DNA from: a virus
Taxonomy: Duplodnaviria > Caudoviricetes
Virus record (IMG/VR): IMGVR_UViG_3300029288_000090
Location: 1-64,000 of that record
Direction: 5' to 3' (one strand)
Length of the DNA stretch: 64,000 bases
Below are positions 46,647-56,357 of this stretch, one piece after another. The notes below the pieces were generated by a model. It searched no databases. It was not told where the DNA came from and was given only the letters and a program-made list of their open reading frames with translations. Numbering within the stretch: position 1 is the first letter of the stretch; each line of letters starts with the position of its first letter. Both the position numbers and the translations under genes were made by a program.

Positions 46647-46680
46647 TGGTAAAATGGATAAAGTTTACTTTTCTCATGTT

Positions 46681-46765
46681 TATAACTCCTTATTTTATAA
46701 AGGATTATAAAAATGTTCTTTTTTCTTACACTTTTTTATAACTTCTTATTTTACAAGGAGTTATA
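46681..46765. repeat. Pair of 29-bp imperfect palindromes, locus B
   Basis: TATAACTCCTTATTTTATAAAGGATTATA (46681) and TATAACTTCTTATTTTACAAGGAGTTATA (46737). Confidence 0.85.
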
Positions 46766-46862
46766 AAAATCACTTAAACGTGATATAAGGGATTATTTGG
46801 ACCCGTCCAATGATTCGAACCACGCCAAGGGCCCACCAGTGCCACGATTATTTTTTAGTATT

Positions 46863-47282
46863 CTAATTTCCGATGAGTATGGAATAGTCTTTCCAAAGGT
46901 AAAGTTCCGAAAAGCCAATCTTTATCTTTTGTACCAAAGTGGCTTTCCATAGAAGCCATTCCTTAATTTCTTCTTCTTTAATTCCGTACAATTTGCAGGC
47001 CCGATCATAGAAGTATTTACTATCTCTATCTTTAAGAATCGTATGAAGTCCCTCCCATATCAATTCCAGATAATCAATGATAGGCGGACAGGTACAAAAT
47101 CCTCCTCCGGTTCTTTCTTCTTCTAGAGATAGATGAAGACCACATTGAGTACATCTACCCCGTCTGGTATTGTGTTTCCAAGGTTTCTTCTGTTGATGGA
47201 TCAACCAGGATGTAAAAGATCTTTCATCTTCTGGTGATTTTTTAATTTGTTCTACAGAATCAAACTGAAAAATCCAAAGCAT
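46863..47282 (-). CDS. Hypothetical protein
   Basis: GGAG RBS; CxxC...CxC. Confidence 0.55.
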   Translation of the reverse strand: MLWIFQFDSVEQIKKSPEDERSFTSWLIHQQKKPWKHNTRRGRCTQCGLHLSLEEERTGGGFCTCPPIIDYLELIWEGLHTILKDRDSKYFYDRACKLYGIKEEEIKEWLLWKATLVQKIKIGFSELYLWKDYSILIGN

Positions 47283-47292
47283 ATTCTACTCC

Positions 47293-47652
47293 TTATGCTA
47301 TTTCAAAACGTGGATGTTTCTGTCCGTCAGGTGTGAGGACTTCTAATTTATGGATCTGAAGAAGTCCGCCAAGTGTCCAATCACATCCTTTCCCTTTGAC
47401 AAATCTTCCAATACAGCTGAAGCCAAGATAGCCATCAAGATCTTCCTTTTTAACCCCAGCGGCAAGCAAGTCTTCTGCGGTTTGAATTGTTCCACAACGG
47501 GGACATTTAAACGCCCATTTTTTAGGATCAGCCCCGAACTTTTCTCTAAGGGTAGCAAGAAATTCATTCAAAGGAAGTACTGTTATCTCCTTTAAAAGTT
47601 CCTTTGTCTTCTCATTGGCTTGTTGACAATTAGGGTTTTGTTCAGAATACAT
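47293..47652 (-). CDS. VVA0879-family phage protein
   Basis: WAFKCPRCG..QT..D......GFSCIGRF....GCDWTLGGL. Confidence 0.7.
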   Translation of the reverse strand: MYSEQNPNCQQANEKTKELLKEITVLPLNEFLATLREKFGADPKKWAFKCPRCGTIQTAEDLLAAGVKKEDLDGYLGFSCIGRFVKGKGCDWTLGGLLQIHKLEVLTPDGQKHPRFEIA

Positions 47653-47661
47653 TTTATTCTC

Positions 47662-47850
47662 CTATGGTATAATATCTCCTTTTTTGTAATTTTTATCTGC
47701 AACAAAATGATCAAACCATTCATCCGGATGTATACCTTGCTGTTTTCGTCTCCAAGAACTATCTCTATAAATTTTGTAGTCTTTTCCTACTATCATCCTA
47801 TCTCCTTTTTGTATATTCATTCCAGCCACTTCTGCTCTTATAGATGTCAT
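47662..47850 (-). CDS. Hypothetical protein
   Basis: GAGG RBS; internal repeat KGD..I / KDYK-KNYK. Confidence 0.45.
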   Translation of the reverse strand: MTSIRAEVAGMNIQKGDRMIVGKDYKIYRDSSWRRKQQGIHPDEWFDHFVADKNYKKGDIIP

Positions 47851-47897
47851 AAAGATTTATCCTCACTATTAAGTGTCTCTTTGATGGATTGAGGGAG

Positions 47898-48128
47898 TTA
47901 TTCTTCTCTTGTTCTCTGTTCTAAACATTGTTTGCATGGAATTAAAAATCCTTCCGGTCCACGACTTAAATCATCATTCCTGTCAAATGTTGTAAACAAT
48001 CTACATGAGAATTTCATTCCAAAATGAGAACTTAAAAGTTGTGGACAAAATTCTTTTCTCTCAAAACTACGAGCACAGGTTACTGGTTCTTTTCCATCAT
48101 CAAATATATCCGTTTTTATAAATGTCAT
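47898..48128 (-). CDS. Cys-rich hypothetical protein
   Basis: ATGA-coupled to upstream gene. Confidence 0.5.
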   Translation of the reverse strand: MTFIKTDIFDDGKEPVTCARSFERKEFCPQLLSSHFGMKFSCRLFTTFDRNDDLSRGPEGFLIPCKQCLEQRTREE

Positions 48129-48667
48129 AAAGATCCGTCCTCATAATAATGCTTATATCCACACACCGGACAACAGGTTGTTCCACAAAATCTATGATCT
48201 GTTCCATCTTGTGTAGCACATGTCCATGCTCTTTCCAATATAAAAGTTCTACCAGTTTCATCACTTGATAGATCCACAGGATCTCCTCTTTCACTTCCAC
48301 AATGAAAACATTCTCCTCCACTTATTGCAAATCCAGCAGTTGTTTTTCCTACTTTATGAATTATTTCAGATATTAACGGTTTGTAGGTTATCCAACCATT
48401 TTCACTTTTGCAAAACGGTCTCCAGGCTTCATAATGTAACCATTTACAAAATTTGAAAATGGTACGATACATCACATACCAGTGTAAGTTAGGAATTAGC
48501 CAGTAGCCACTCCATAATCTTTTTGGAAGCCATTTTATATAAGAAGAACATATTAGCTTTCGAAAGAACCATCTACGTGGACGAACAAAAATCCATCCGT
48601 AAATATACATCAGTTTTTGTGAGAACGTTCTTTTTGGGAATTCTGCTGATATTACAGAATCTTTCAT
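48125..48667 (-). CDS. Hypothetical Zn-ribbon protein
   Basis: CFHC and CPVC pairs; coupled overlaps. Confidence 0.55.
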   Translation of the reverse strand: MKDSVISAEFPKRTFSQKLMYIYGWIFVRPRRWFFRKLICSSYIKWLPKRLWSGYWLIPNLHWYVMYRTIFKFCKWLHYEAWRPFCKSENGWITYKPLISEIIHKVGKTTAGFAISGGECFHCGSERGDPVDLSSDETGRTFILERAWTCATQDGTDHRFCGTTCCPVCGYKHYYEDGSL

Positions 48668-50406
48668 ACAACTTCTTTCTTTAGTTTACTTAAAATCATT
48701 CTATATGCTTTTTTATCATCTTTGGTTATTGGTCTTTTCCATTTGTTTTTGAATTTCCACCAATCGATCGCTTCTTGAATTTTATCTTCCGTATGTCCAG
48801 TTTGAGATTTTATAAGTGTTATAAAATGAGACTCCTTCCCTTTTTCTTCAAGAAGTTGATCTCGAATTTCCCAAAGTAACGGAATGGAATCCACATAGCT
48901 TTCTCTGTCTATTCGTGAGTTAATATAAAATTCAACATCATCTAATCCTATTTGGTCATAGTTTAAAATATCTCCATTACTTCTATGGAAGAAGAAAGAA
49001 ACTCTTTTCTTTCTTTCATGACATTCCCATTCTCCATATTTATTCCATCCATGAATTTCATCGCCAGGGTTATACTTAAAATAAAAATCTCCATAAGGAG
49101 CATAATTAGTTTTTTCGTGTGTTCCTTCTACAACATATAATCCTTTGCATGGACTACAAACATGTTTAAATTGATAGTGTACACTATATTTCATATCTTC
49201 AAAACTTCTATATCCCGTAAAAATAATACGTGAACCTACTCCTATTTTGGAATTGATTAACTTATGCCACTTATCATAACTAAGTCTTCCGTCGGTGAAT
49301 AGTAGTTCATCGTCTCGAATTAGTTTCAATTCTCCTTCCCAGGTATCTTCGTTCATTAGAGAGATTTTGTGCATCAAAGGTTGGAACAAATCTGTTCTAT
49401 CTATTATTCCTTGGAGAAAGATTATATTTTGTTTATATGTAAATAGATCATCTTTTATTTGCCTTCTTTCAGATTCCCAGATGTTAGGATCGTCTAACTT
49501 CTCAAACTCTTTTTTAGTGGGAAAGAATCTTGGATAAACGTTTAACTGACTCCAAATTCTATATAAATTATCTCCATTCCGAATTAATACATACGTTTTA
49601 TTATTAGCATTTTCCATCTGTACATTTTTCCACATATCTCCATAATCTTTTCGTTTCCTTCTAACTCGAAGAACAACTAATCCCTTTGGTTCAGGAAGAA
49701 TCCTTTTCAGATTTTCTCCTGTAAGTAACCAGGTATCAAACTGTTCAATCTTCTCAGCATCAATACCTCCATTTCGTGGATCTCCTACCTCTTCATCCAT
49801 ATACAAAAGTTGTTGTCGAACACTAATAGGAGTTCCTACAGGAGCCCTTTCTCCTTCTGAGAGCTGATAGATATCCTCTTCAATGCCTAGATATATTTCA
49901 ATAGTTCCAATTACTTTTCGAATATAAGATAATTTACTTTCAAATTTTTGTTTTATGTGATAGAGAGTATTTCGTTTTCTTTCTAAAATAGCTGTTATAA
50001 TTTGGATTTGGTCCATTTTCTTTTGTACTAAACTTTCCATATGGATAAGAGATTCTTTAGATCCCGATTTGACCAAATCTGTACATTCAGGAGATTCTTG
50101 TTGTTCTTCGTCAAGATCGTCAAGATTAGACAGTTGTGCTAATGCTTCTTTTTCTAACTCTTCATATGATTTATCTACTTTTATGTATCTTCCATGTTCC
50201 CAACTATGTTTATCAATAGTAGAGTAGTGAGTCCAATCTCCAGAATCATGTTGACAATAGAGTTCAAACCCTTCTTCTGTTATAGCTACTACTTTGTAGA
50301 AATCTCCGTCTTTATCTAAATAAACAGCTCCTACAATTATTCCCAATGAGGTAGCCAGTTGTTTATACTCATTTATTTGTATTTCTTTTTTCTTTTTACT
50401 ACTCAT
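48664..50406 (-). CDS. Large hypothetical protein with coiled coil
   Basis: 580 aa ORF with coiled-coil segment; function not recognised. Confidence 0.65.
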   Translation of the reverse strand: MSSKKKKEIQINEYKQLATSLGIIVGAVYLDKDGDFYKVVAITEEGFELYCQHDSGDWTHYSTIDKHSWEHGRYIKVDKSYEELEKEALAQLSNLDDLDEEQQESPECTDLVKSGSKESLIHMESLVQKKMDQIQIITAILERKRNTLYHIKQKFESKLSYIRKVIGTIEIYLGIEEDIYQLSEGERAPVGTPISVRQQLLYMDEEVGDPRNGGIDAEKIEQFDTWLLTGENLKRILPEPKGLVVLRVRRKRKDYGDMWKNVQMENANNKTYVLIRNGDNLYRIWSQLNVYPRFFPTKKEFEKLDDPNIWESERRQIKDDLFTYKQNIIFLQGIIDRTDLFQPLMHKISLMNEDTWEGELKLIRDDELLFTDGRLSYDKWHKLINSKIGVGSRIIFTGYRSFEDMKYSVHYQFKHVCSPCKGLYVVEGTHEKTNYAPYGDFYFKYNPGDEIHGWNKYGEWECHERKKRVSFFFHRSNGDILNYDQIGLDDVEFYINSRIDRESYVDSIPLLWEIRDQLLEEKGKESHFITLIKSQTGHTEDKIQEAIDWWKFKNKWKRPITKDDKKAYRMILSKLKKEVV

Positions 50407-50566
50407 GAATTTCTTCTACTTTGAATTTTTCTCCAAGTTGCTTTGCCTTCTTTTTGGCCTCTTTCTTTCCTATAAATTCTATTGCCCATAATCCATTAAC
50501 TGATAATTTCATCTGGCCTACCCAATAATGTTTTCTTTTTCCTTTTTCAGTTATGATCCGATACAT
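50399..50566 (-). CDS. Small basic protein, 55 aa (not in ORF track)
   Basis: MYRIITEKGKRKHYWVG...; overlaps start of the next gene. Confidence 0.4.
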   Translation of the reverse strand: MYRIITEKGKRKHYWVGQMKLSVNGLWAIEFIGKKEAKKKAKQLGEKFKVEEIHE

Positions 50567-50584
50567 TTTCTTCGGTACATTCTT

Positions 50585-50914
50585 CTAAATAAACTGCAGT
50601 AAAATTAAACCCGGCATCTGAGCAGAATAGGAGCATCTTAGCTTCTGCTTCTTTTTTGTTCTTCCTTTAAACGTATGTTTTGTTGGTCTTGATTCACCTA
50701 CTCCATGTTTGTTGTAGTATGTCCAATACATTCTATATAGTTTGTAATTACTTTTAGGAATCTTTTTCTCTCTAGTACTCCAATTTAAAGCTACACATTC
50801 TTTACAATATCCAATATGATTATTAGAAAATTCCTCTAAGGGTTTAGCTTTTTTACAACGTAAACACCGTCTGTGCGTAGCTGCTTTTCCTTGTGCTCTT
50901 TCACTATTTCTCAT
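50585..50914 (-). CDS. Basic Zn-finger protein
   Basis: CLRCKKAKPLEEF......CKEC motif. Confidence 0.45.
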   Translation of the reverse strand: MRNSERAQGKAATHRRCLRCKKAKPLEEFSNNHIGYCKECVALNWSTREKKIPKSNYKLYRMYWTYYNKHGVGESRPTKHTFKGRTKKKQKLRCSYSAQMPGLILLQFI

Positions 50915-51013
50915 TTTATACCCATGTAACGAATAATTAGGATTGTTAGTACAGCAGTTCCTATGTAAATACCTACTACAAGTAGAAATAACAGCTTATA
51001 GTTTACTTTCATA

Positions 51014-51508
51014 TTAATTCTTTCCTACTATGGGAAGTTCCTTCTTTTGGGACTGATGGATTCTTTCAAAATATTCAGTATAATGATCTGGACCCAGGTT
51101 TATGTACGGATAGTAGTATAGGGATTCTATTTGTTCTTGCTTCTCTAATATCTTTAGTAAAGACATCGGTATATTCTCACTTATATCAAAGTACACTTCT
51201 CGTACAGTGAGTTGTTCAGGGTATCCATTATAAAATAATATACTAAGTTTATTCTTGGCTTGGACGGGATCCTTGGAAGAAATCTTGCTTTCTATAAGAT
51301 ATAAGATAACTTTTCTCATATCTGAAGCTTGCTGTTGGTTTAGTTCCTTGTAAGGTTTCCACGCATTGTTAAACTCTATTTTCTTGTACCAAATGATCTG
51401 GACGGGAACTTTAGATTGCATTTCCGGTTCTGCATGTAGAAAAGTGTAGTTAACTTTTTGTGAACATCCCACTAAAACTAGCAAGGATAGAATTAGTAAG
51501 TTTTTCAT
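51014..51508 (-). CDS. Lipoprotein
   Basis: AAGGAG RBS, MKNLLILSLLVLVG-C lipobox. Confidence 0.7.
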   Translation of the reverse strand: MKNLLILSLLVLVGCSQKVNYTFLHAEPEMQSKVPVQIIWYKKIEFNNAWKPYKELNQQQASDMRKVILYLIESKISSKDPVQAKNKLSILFYNGYPEQLTVREVYFDISENIPMSLLKILEKQEQIESLYYYPYINLGPDHYTEYFERIHQSQKKELPIVGKN

Positions 51509-51518
51509 AATAGTCTCC

Positions 51519-54470
51519 TTATTGAAGTTTGATATCATTTAAATTAATTATACCCAATCCCCATACAAAAATGTTATCATCTCCATCAATATCTCCTATT
51601 TCTGCTTTTAAGTTATCTCCCCAAATAACTTTATTTACTGTACTACTACAATTAAGATAGCTATATTCCAAGGCTTTCCTGACCCCTTGTCCGGCTCCTA
51701 AAGCTTCAAAGAATTTAACTAGTCCATCTGTACTATTTTGTAGGAAGTTAAATATTCCTACTTCATGATTGGAATTACATCTCCAACTGATATATACTTG
51801 ATCTAAAGATCCCTGCCCTTCCAGTGAGAAAACTCCATAGGTTGTGGCCATATCGGAGTATGTTCCGTTTAAACTAACATCATGGATTACTAACTTCTTA
51901 TCCCACGATCCTGTCATTCCTATGGTCATCATATCAGCTGCTGTAGCATCTAACGAATCTGGAAGTGGAGGGGAAGAAGGGATAGATCTTGTTGTCCAAG
52001 AGTAGATCGGAACCTCCTCCCAACTATCCCAGAAAATTCCTTCTTTCTTACCCCATATCATAGAGTAAGTTCTTACAACGTTTCCTGTACGATTTCCTCC
52101 ATATCCACACCAGTATACGTATCTTACACAAGGATTATTATAAAGCATATATAAGTTTTCATACGTGATGTCATGGTAGAACAAAGAGGTATAAGGAATA
52201 TTTCTATCTTCACATACTTTTGCACATTGATAAATAGCCCGTTTCCGTTCTTTGAGAAAAGTTTTGTCTTGAACAATAATTATCATTCTTGACGCTTGAT
52301 CGTAAGTATAAGGATCAAACGATTTTGTTAATTCTTTATCGTACTTATTATAGTCAGAAGAAGAAAGTGGTTTAATCTCATCTGAACCTTCTGGAGTGAG
52401 TTCTATTTCTTCTAGAGATAAGGTACAGAATTTATTATCATAAAAGCCTTCGGGAGGAATAACTATATCCACAAATTTATCAGTATAGTAGGCATATCCT
52501 ATAGATTGATCGTGTGTATTAAAGAGTCGTGCTTGTACAGTTTTACTTCCGTCATAGAAGCCAGTGTATCTATAATCCTTGGAAGAAGTATATGTATCTT
52601 CTCCTTCTGCAAGATATAAGATATTGTGGAATTGGATTGATATAGGTTCCGAAACAACAACCATCCCTGTTTCCGTCAGTGATGTAACTGTTAACGAATG
52701 ATATCCATTTGTTTCTTTTGTTGTATCTATTAGGGCACTAAATCGTCCTTGTGTTATATCAGCAACTCCAAATATAGTATTGTCTATTGTCAGATATGAA
52801 CGAATCGTCCCTCCTGGAAGTTCTGAAAATTGGATTTCTACATATCCGTATACGTTAGAAGGAAGAAGTTCATTTCCTTCTGCATCAAATATGTTAATAG
52901 TAGTTTCTACTCCATAATACGTTTTGTTCCAATCATAACTAAACTGACAACTGTCTCCTAAATTAAGAATTTTATCTCCATTAAAATCACATTTGATCAT
53001 CATAGGATAGTCAGGATCATTCAGATAATCGTTTGGATCCGAAATATCTTTCAGCCAGAAAGGGGAAAATATTTGATAATCTTCTTCATTTGTGATTCCG
53101 TCTTCGTTCAAGTCTGTTTTTCGGAGTTCTGTTGAAGTACTGACATAACTGGTGTAATAGTGAACACCAAGATCACATCCATCTCTATCAGGTTCTCCGG
53201 AGAGATTAGTAGTTAATCCCGGAAACAATTCAGGGGCTAATCCAAGTCCTACATCGACAAATCTGCTAGTAGATTTCAGAAATAGATATCTATATCCGTC
53301 TCCCGGATTTTGATAGGGAAAAGTATCCTCTATAGTAATGTTATACATGGGAAAAGGAAAATTCTGATGTTCAGTATTACTGTAAAATCCATCATTATAA
53401 ACTCCTATCTTGAGATATCCGTTTGTACAAGTCAATGCAGCATAGTTTACGGAATAGGATAAAATATCGTTGACTGAAACAAAAGTAGGAGCATCTTCTT
53501 CTGAAGTTGTACAATTAGAATTTACGAATATAGCCCCATCTCCATCATTGATTGTGTTGTTTTGTGAATAGAAAATAGATTCAGGATGTTGTTGATCCTC
53601 ACTATCTACCATGGTCCTGGATATGCCAAATCCGTAAGATCCGTAGTATCCTTCTGCTATACATCCATGATATGTTATTTGGTTGTTAATAGCTATTAGA
53701 TTTGCTGGTCCATAGGAAACAATTCCTTTATAACATCCAAAGAAGAACGAATTGGTTACCACTAGTTCTACATTATCAGAATAAACTCCTATATAAGCTC
53801 CTTCGATGTAAACGTTATTTAACTCATGATGAACAGGAGTTTCTGATTCTTCATCTCCCAAATAAACTATTCCGTAACCATATCCGATAAAGAGCTCAAG
53901 ATTTTCAGCAACAAAGTAAGTAGGAAAAACCCGTGTATCCAATACATCTGGATTCTCTATATCAGGATCCAATCCTTCTCTATATCCTGTAATAAGTTTA
54001 GCATGAGGAGAAATGATCAGTCCTGATTCCCAATCCGTTCCAAGGGTAACGATTGTGTTGGACGGAATGTATAGTTTACATCCATCTAAAAGATATGTAT
54101 ATCCTCTTATGTGATATATTTTGTTGGATTCTAATTTTAATGTTGTATCTATGATTGAAGGGAGAATCCAACCACATGTATTTGGATCCTGAACTATTTC
54201 TGATTGAAGAAGAGGTTGATTGAGAACATCTATCAGGTAGTCGTTGTGTAGTTCTTTTTTAGATTGAATCAATTGTTGTGCCTGTCCTGTTTTTTGTTCT
54301 CTAAGAAAGATACTCGATGTAGAAACTTTTATGTCTTCTGGAGTAGGGCAACTCTTGAGTTCAGTTTTTTTGTCTAATTTAGGGAGTCCTAGTATAAATT
54401 TGTTATCAGATCTTCCAATTAGAGTAAGGAACAGAATCAATACCAACATGATCAACAATTGCCTTTTCAT
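51519..54470 (-). CDS. Large secreted protein: beta-helix region, dockerin-like repeat pair, Ig-like domain, C-terminal alpha/beta domain
   Basis: N-terminal hydrophobic signal; parallel beta-helix-like repeats; DLNEDGITNEEDY..F...WL and DFNGDKILNLGD...F..DW. Confidence 0.65.
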   Translation of the reverse strand: MKRQLLIMLVLILFLTLIGRSDNKFILGLPKLDKKTELKSCPTPEDIKVSTSSIFLREQKTGQAQQLIQSKKELHNDYLIDVLNQPLLQSEIVQDPNTCGWILPSIIDTTLKLESNKIYHIRGYTYLLDGCKLYIPSNTIVTLGTDWESGLIISPHAKLITGYREGLDPDIENPDVLDTRVFPTYFVAENLELFIGYGYGIVYLGDEESETPVHHELNNVYIEGAYIGVYSDNVELVVTNSFFFGCYKGIVSYGPANLIAINNQITYHGCIAEGYYGSYGFGISRTMVDSEDQQHPESIFYSQNNTINDGDGAIFVNSNCTTSEEDAPTFVSVNDILSYSVNYAALTCTNGYLKIGVYNDGFYSNTEHQNFPFPMYNITIEDTFPYQNPGDGYRYLFLKSTSRFVDVGLGLAPELFPGLTTNLSGEPDRDGCDLGVHYYTSYVSTSTELRKTDLNEDGITNEEDYQIFSPFWLKDISDPNDYLNDPDYPMMIKCDFNGDKILNLGDSCQFSYDWNKTYYGVETTINIFDAEGNELLPSNVYGYVEIQFSELPGGTIRSYLTIDNTIFGVADITQGRFSALIDTTKETNGYHSLTVTSLTETGMVVVSEPISIQFHNILYLAEGEDTYTSSKDYRYTGFYDGSKTVQARLFNTHDQSIGYAYYTDKFVDIVIPPEGFYDNKFCTLSLEEIELTPEGSDEIKPLSSSDYNKYDKELTKSFDPYTYDQASRMIIIVQDKTFLKERKRAIYQCAKVCEDRNIPYTSLFYHDITYENLYMLYNNPCVRYVYWCGYGGNRTGNVVRTYSMIWGKKEGIFWDSWEEVPIYSWTTRSIPSSPPLPDSLDATAADMMTIGMTGSWDKKLVIHDVSLNGTYSDMATTYGVFSLEGQGSLDQVYISWRCNSNHEVGIFNFLQNSTDGLVKFFEALGAGQGVRKALEYSYLNCSSTVNKVIWGDNLKAEIGDIDGDDNIFVWGLGIINLNDIKLQ

Positions 54471-54504
54471 ATCAGTACTCCTTAAAGTTTAGTTTGTATC
54501 TCTT

Positions 54505-55050
54505 TCAGAACTTATCTTGTTCCTTTACAGAACTAGTAGAAGAATATCTTCCTGTAGTTGCTCCTTTTAAACTAAAATACGGTTCTGTTTTGCTTTTGAC
54601 TTCCCTATTCACATGCAAAGGAAGGGTAACAATTGTTTCGTATCTACCATCAGGCCAGACAACTATGACTTCTTTTCGAACTCGAACTGCATATCTAATA
54701 GTAGCCCACGTTCCACTTCTTTGCTCTTCGTCAAATCCTTTGGGAGTTGCAATCAGGAGATGGCAGCAGTCTACAATATCGTGATTCCGTTCTATGGGAG
54801 CTTTGGCTGTCCAAACTCCTTCGTAACACCAACAATTAGCCCGTTTGGAATCAATATCACAAGGATGCTTGACAATTCTGTATCCCAATGGAGCAGCAAT
54901 TTGGTGAGCTTCTGCATCAGCTCCTACACAATCTCCATGGTGCAGTATTGTTCCTTTTCCTTCCTTTTCAAACAGCATTTTTACTGTAAGTTTTTGTTGC
55001 TCTGTCATTTCCTTTTGTGTTCCGGTAAAGCCTAAGATTTTAGTTTGCAT
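54505..55050 (-). CDS. SLOG (DprA/YspA-like) domain protein
   Basis: GFTGT, HHGDCVGADAEAH, RNHDIV, SGTWATIRYA. Confidence 0.7.
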   Translation of the reverse strand: MQTKILGFTGTQKEMTEQQKLTVKMLFEKEGKGTILHHGDCVGADAEAHQIAAPLGYRIVKHPCDIDSKRANCWCYEGVWTAKAPIERNHDIVDCCHLLIATPKGFDEEQRSGTWATIRYAVRVRKEVIVVWPDGRYETIVTLPLHVNREVKSKTEPYFSLKGATTGRYSSTSSVKEQDKF

Positions 55051-55061
55051 CTTCTAGCTCC

Positions 55062-55286
55062 TTAAACAATTTCAACATCAATATGTTGCATTTTTCCAAA
55101 CATCACTTCTCCAATTTCAAAACAAGATCCTGGTGGAATTTCATGCAATAAAAGTTCAATAGGAAGGCAGTGTCCGTCTTCCATACCTCCTACGTATGCC
55201 CAATGTCCGTGAACGTCGGTCTTGTAGGGTTTGTGCTCCCAAATTTGAACGTATTTCATATTTAATTCATTTCGAGTTATGTACAT
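55062..55286 (-). CDS. Hypothetical protein
   Basis: Co-oriented; AAGAAGATG start context. Confidence 0.45.
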   Translation of the reverse strand: MYITRNELNMKYVQIWEHKPYKTDVHGHWAYVGGMEDGHCLPIELLLHEIPPGSCFEIGEVMFGKMQHIDVEIV

Positions 55287-55413
55287 CTTCTTTTTCTTTT
55301 TTATTTTTCAAACCATAAATAGTATCTAATGCAAGTCGAAGTTGTATAATTTCATTACGTCCACTTCGTATTCCTTCTTGCAAATGTTCTACAGCTTTTA
55401 GAAAGTCTGACAT
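55267..55413 (-). CDS. Small protein, 48 aa (not in ORF track)
   Basis: AGGTG RBS; MSDFLKAVEHLQEGIRSG... Confidence 0.4.
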   Translation of the reverse strand: MSDFLKAVEHLQEGIRSGRNEIIQLRLALDTIYGLKNKKEKEDVHNSK

Positions 55414-55431
55414 ATTTCACCTAAAAAAGGC

Positions 55432-55519
55432 AGTATAGGATAGTTGGCTTTTACGCCAAAGTACGTCTCGGGATTTTCAAGGATTTTCGTACTTCTCGGG
55501 GTCAAGACTATCCTATACT
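55432..55519 (-). ncRNA. Candidate structured RNA (three-way junction)
   Basis: 13-bp perfect closing stem AGTATAGGATAGT/ACTATCCTATACT enclosing two inner hairpins; U-tract downstream on - strand. Confidence 0.4.
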
Positions 55520-55545
55520 TAAGGGAGGGCATTATTCTTCAACCT

Positions 55546-56040
55546 TTACAATTCTAAATTCGAATAAAGTTTCTTGTTTAACACCAGTAAAACAAAAAAT
55601 TGTTTGTTTTGTATGTATGTTCCAATCGGAGCATGCTCCAGATCTTTATTTTCTTTACGGATTATTTCTGAAATGGCAAGAGGTAGATCGGTAATACTTT
55701 TTGGAAATTGAAATGCTCTTACTCCATAACATCCTTTTATTCCTAAATGGGTTCCCCCTTCAACGTATACTGTTTTATTATTAGAATTCTTACCCTCTTC
55801 TTGTAGATTGCAAGATTGTTCTATTTGTTTTGGACGTTCATAATTAGATACGTCCTCATAGAAACAGCAAAGTCCGCCAGAAAGTTTAGAAAATAAGGTG
55901 CATAGTTCTTTTGTTTCTTGTTCTGTTGTTTCTCCTTCTTTTCTATTATGAAACAAAATTGTTATTCTTCCTAACGAACAAGGAGTCCCAACTGAAGGAT
56001 CGCCATTCGATCTAACAAACAATTCCACTATTTCTGCCAT
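55546..56040 (-). CDS. Hypothetical protein
   Basis: GDPSVG motif; overlap with upstream gene. Confidence 0.5.
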   Translation of the reverse strand: MAEIVELFVRSNGDPSVGTPCSLGRITILFHNRKEGETTEQETKELCTLFSKLSGGLCCFYEDVSNYERPKQIEQSCNLQEEGKNSNNKTVYVEGGTHLGIKGCYGVRAFQFPKSITDLPLAISEIIRKENKDLEHAPIGTYIQNKQFFVLLVLNKKLYSNLEL

Positions 56041-56357
56041 TTTTCAATTCCTTGTACTTGTCCAAATTCTTCGTATTCTTCTTGATATAGACGTTTGTAT
56101 TTAACTCCTACTCTTGGAGCAAAGAGAAGTTTAAAAAACATCCATATTCCAATACATATCCATTTAATAATCCAAAAAATCGATTTAAAGAAGTAATAGA
56201 TAATAACTAATGCCAACCCTGAAAGAACTATATCATTCTGACGGATTCGATCCCGTTCTCTTTCTACAGCCATTCGAGCTCGGGCTCGGTCTTCTGCAGC
56301 ATATTGATCTTGTAGATATGCTCTTCTATTGTTAGCGTAGTCAGTATAATTTGTCAT
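56028..56357 (-). CDS. Membrane protein
   Basis: Long hydrophobic aromatic stretch. Confidence 0.55.
   Translation of the reverse strand: MTNYTDYANNRRAYLQDQYAAEDRARARMAVERERDRIRQNDIVLSGLALVIIYYFFKSIFWIIKWICIGIWMFFKLLFAPRVGVKYKRLYQEEYEEFGQVQGIEKWQK

Noticed and set aside
46798-46835. tRNA-like fragment on - strand (GGTTCGAATC...GGGTCCA)
   Set aside because: T-stem does not pair, spacing to the CCA end is wrong, and there are no D or anticodon arms; at most a hairpin or decayed remnant.
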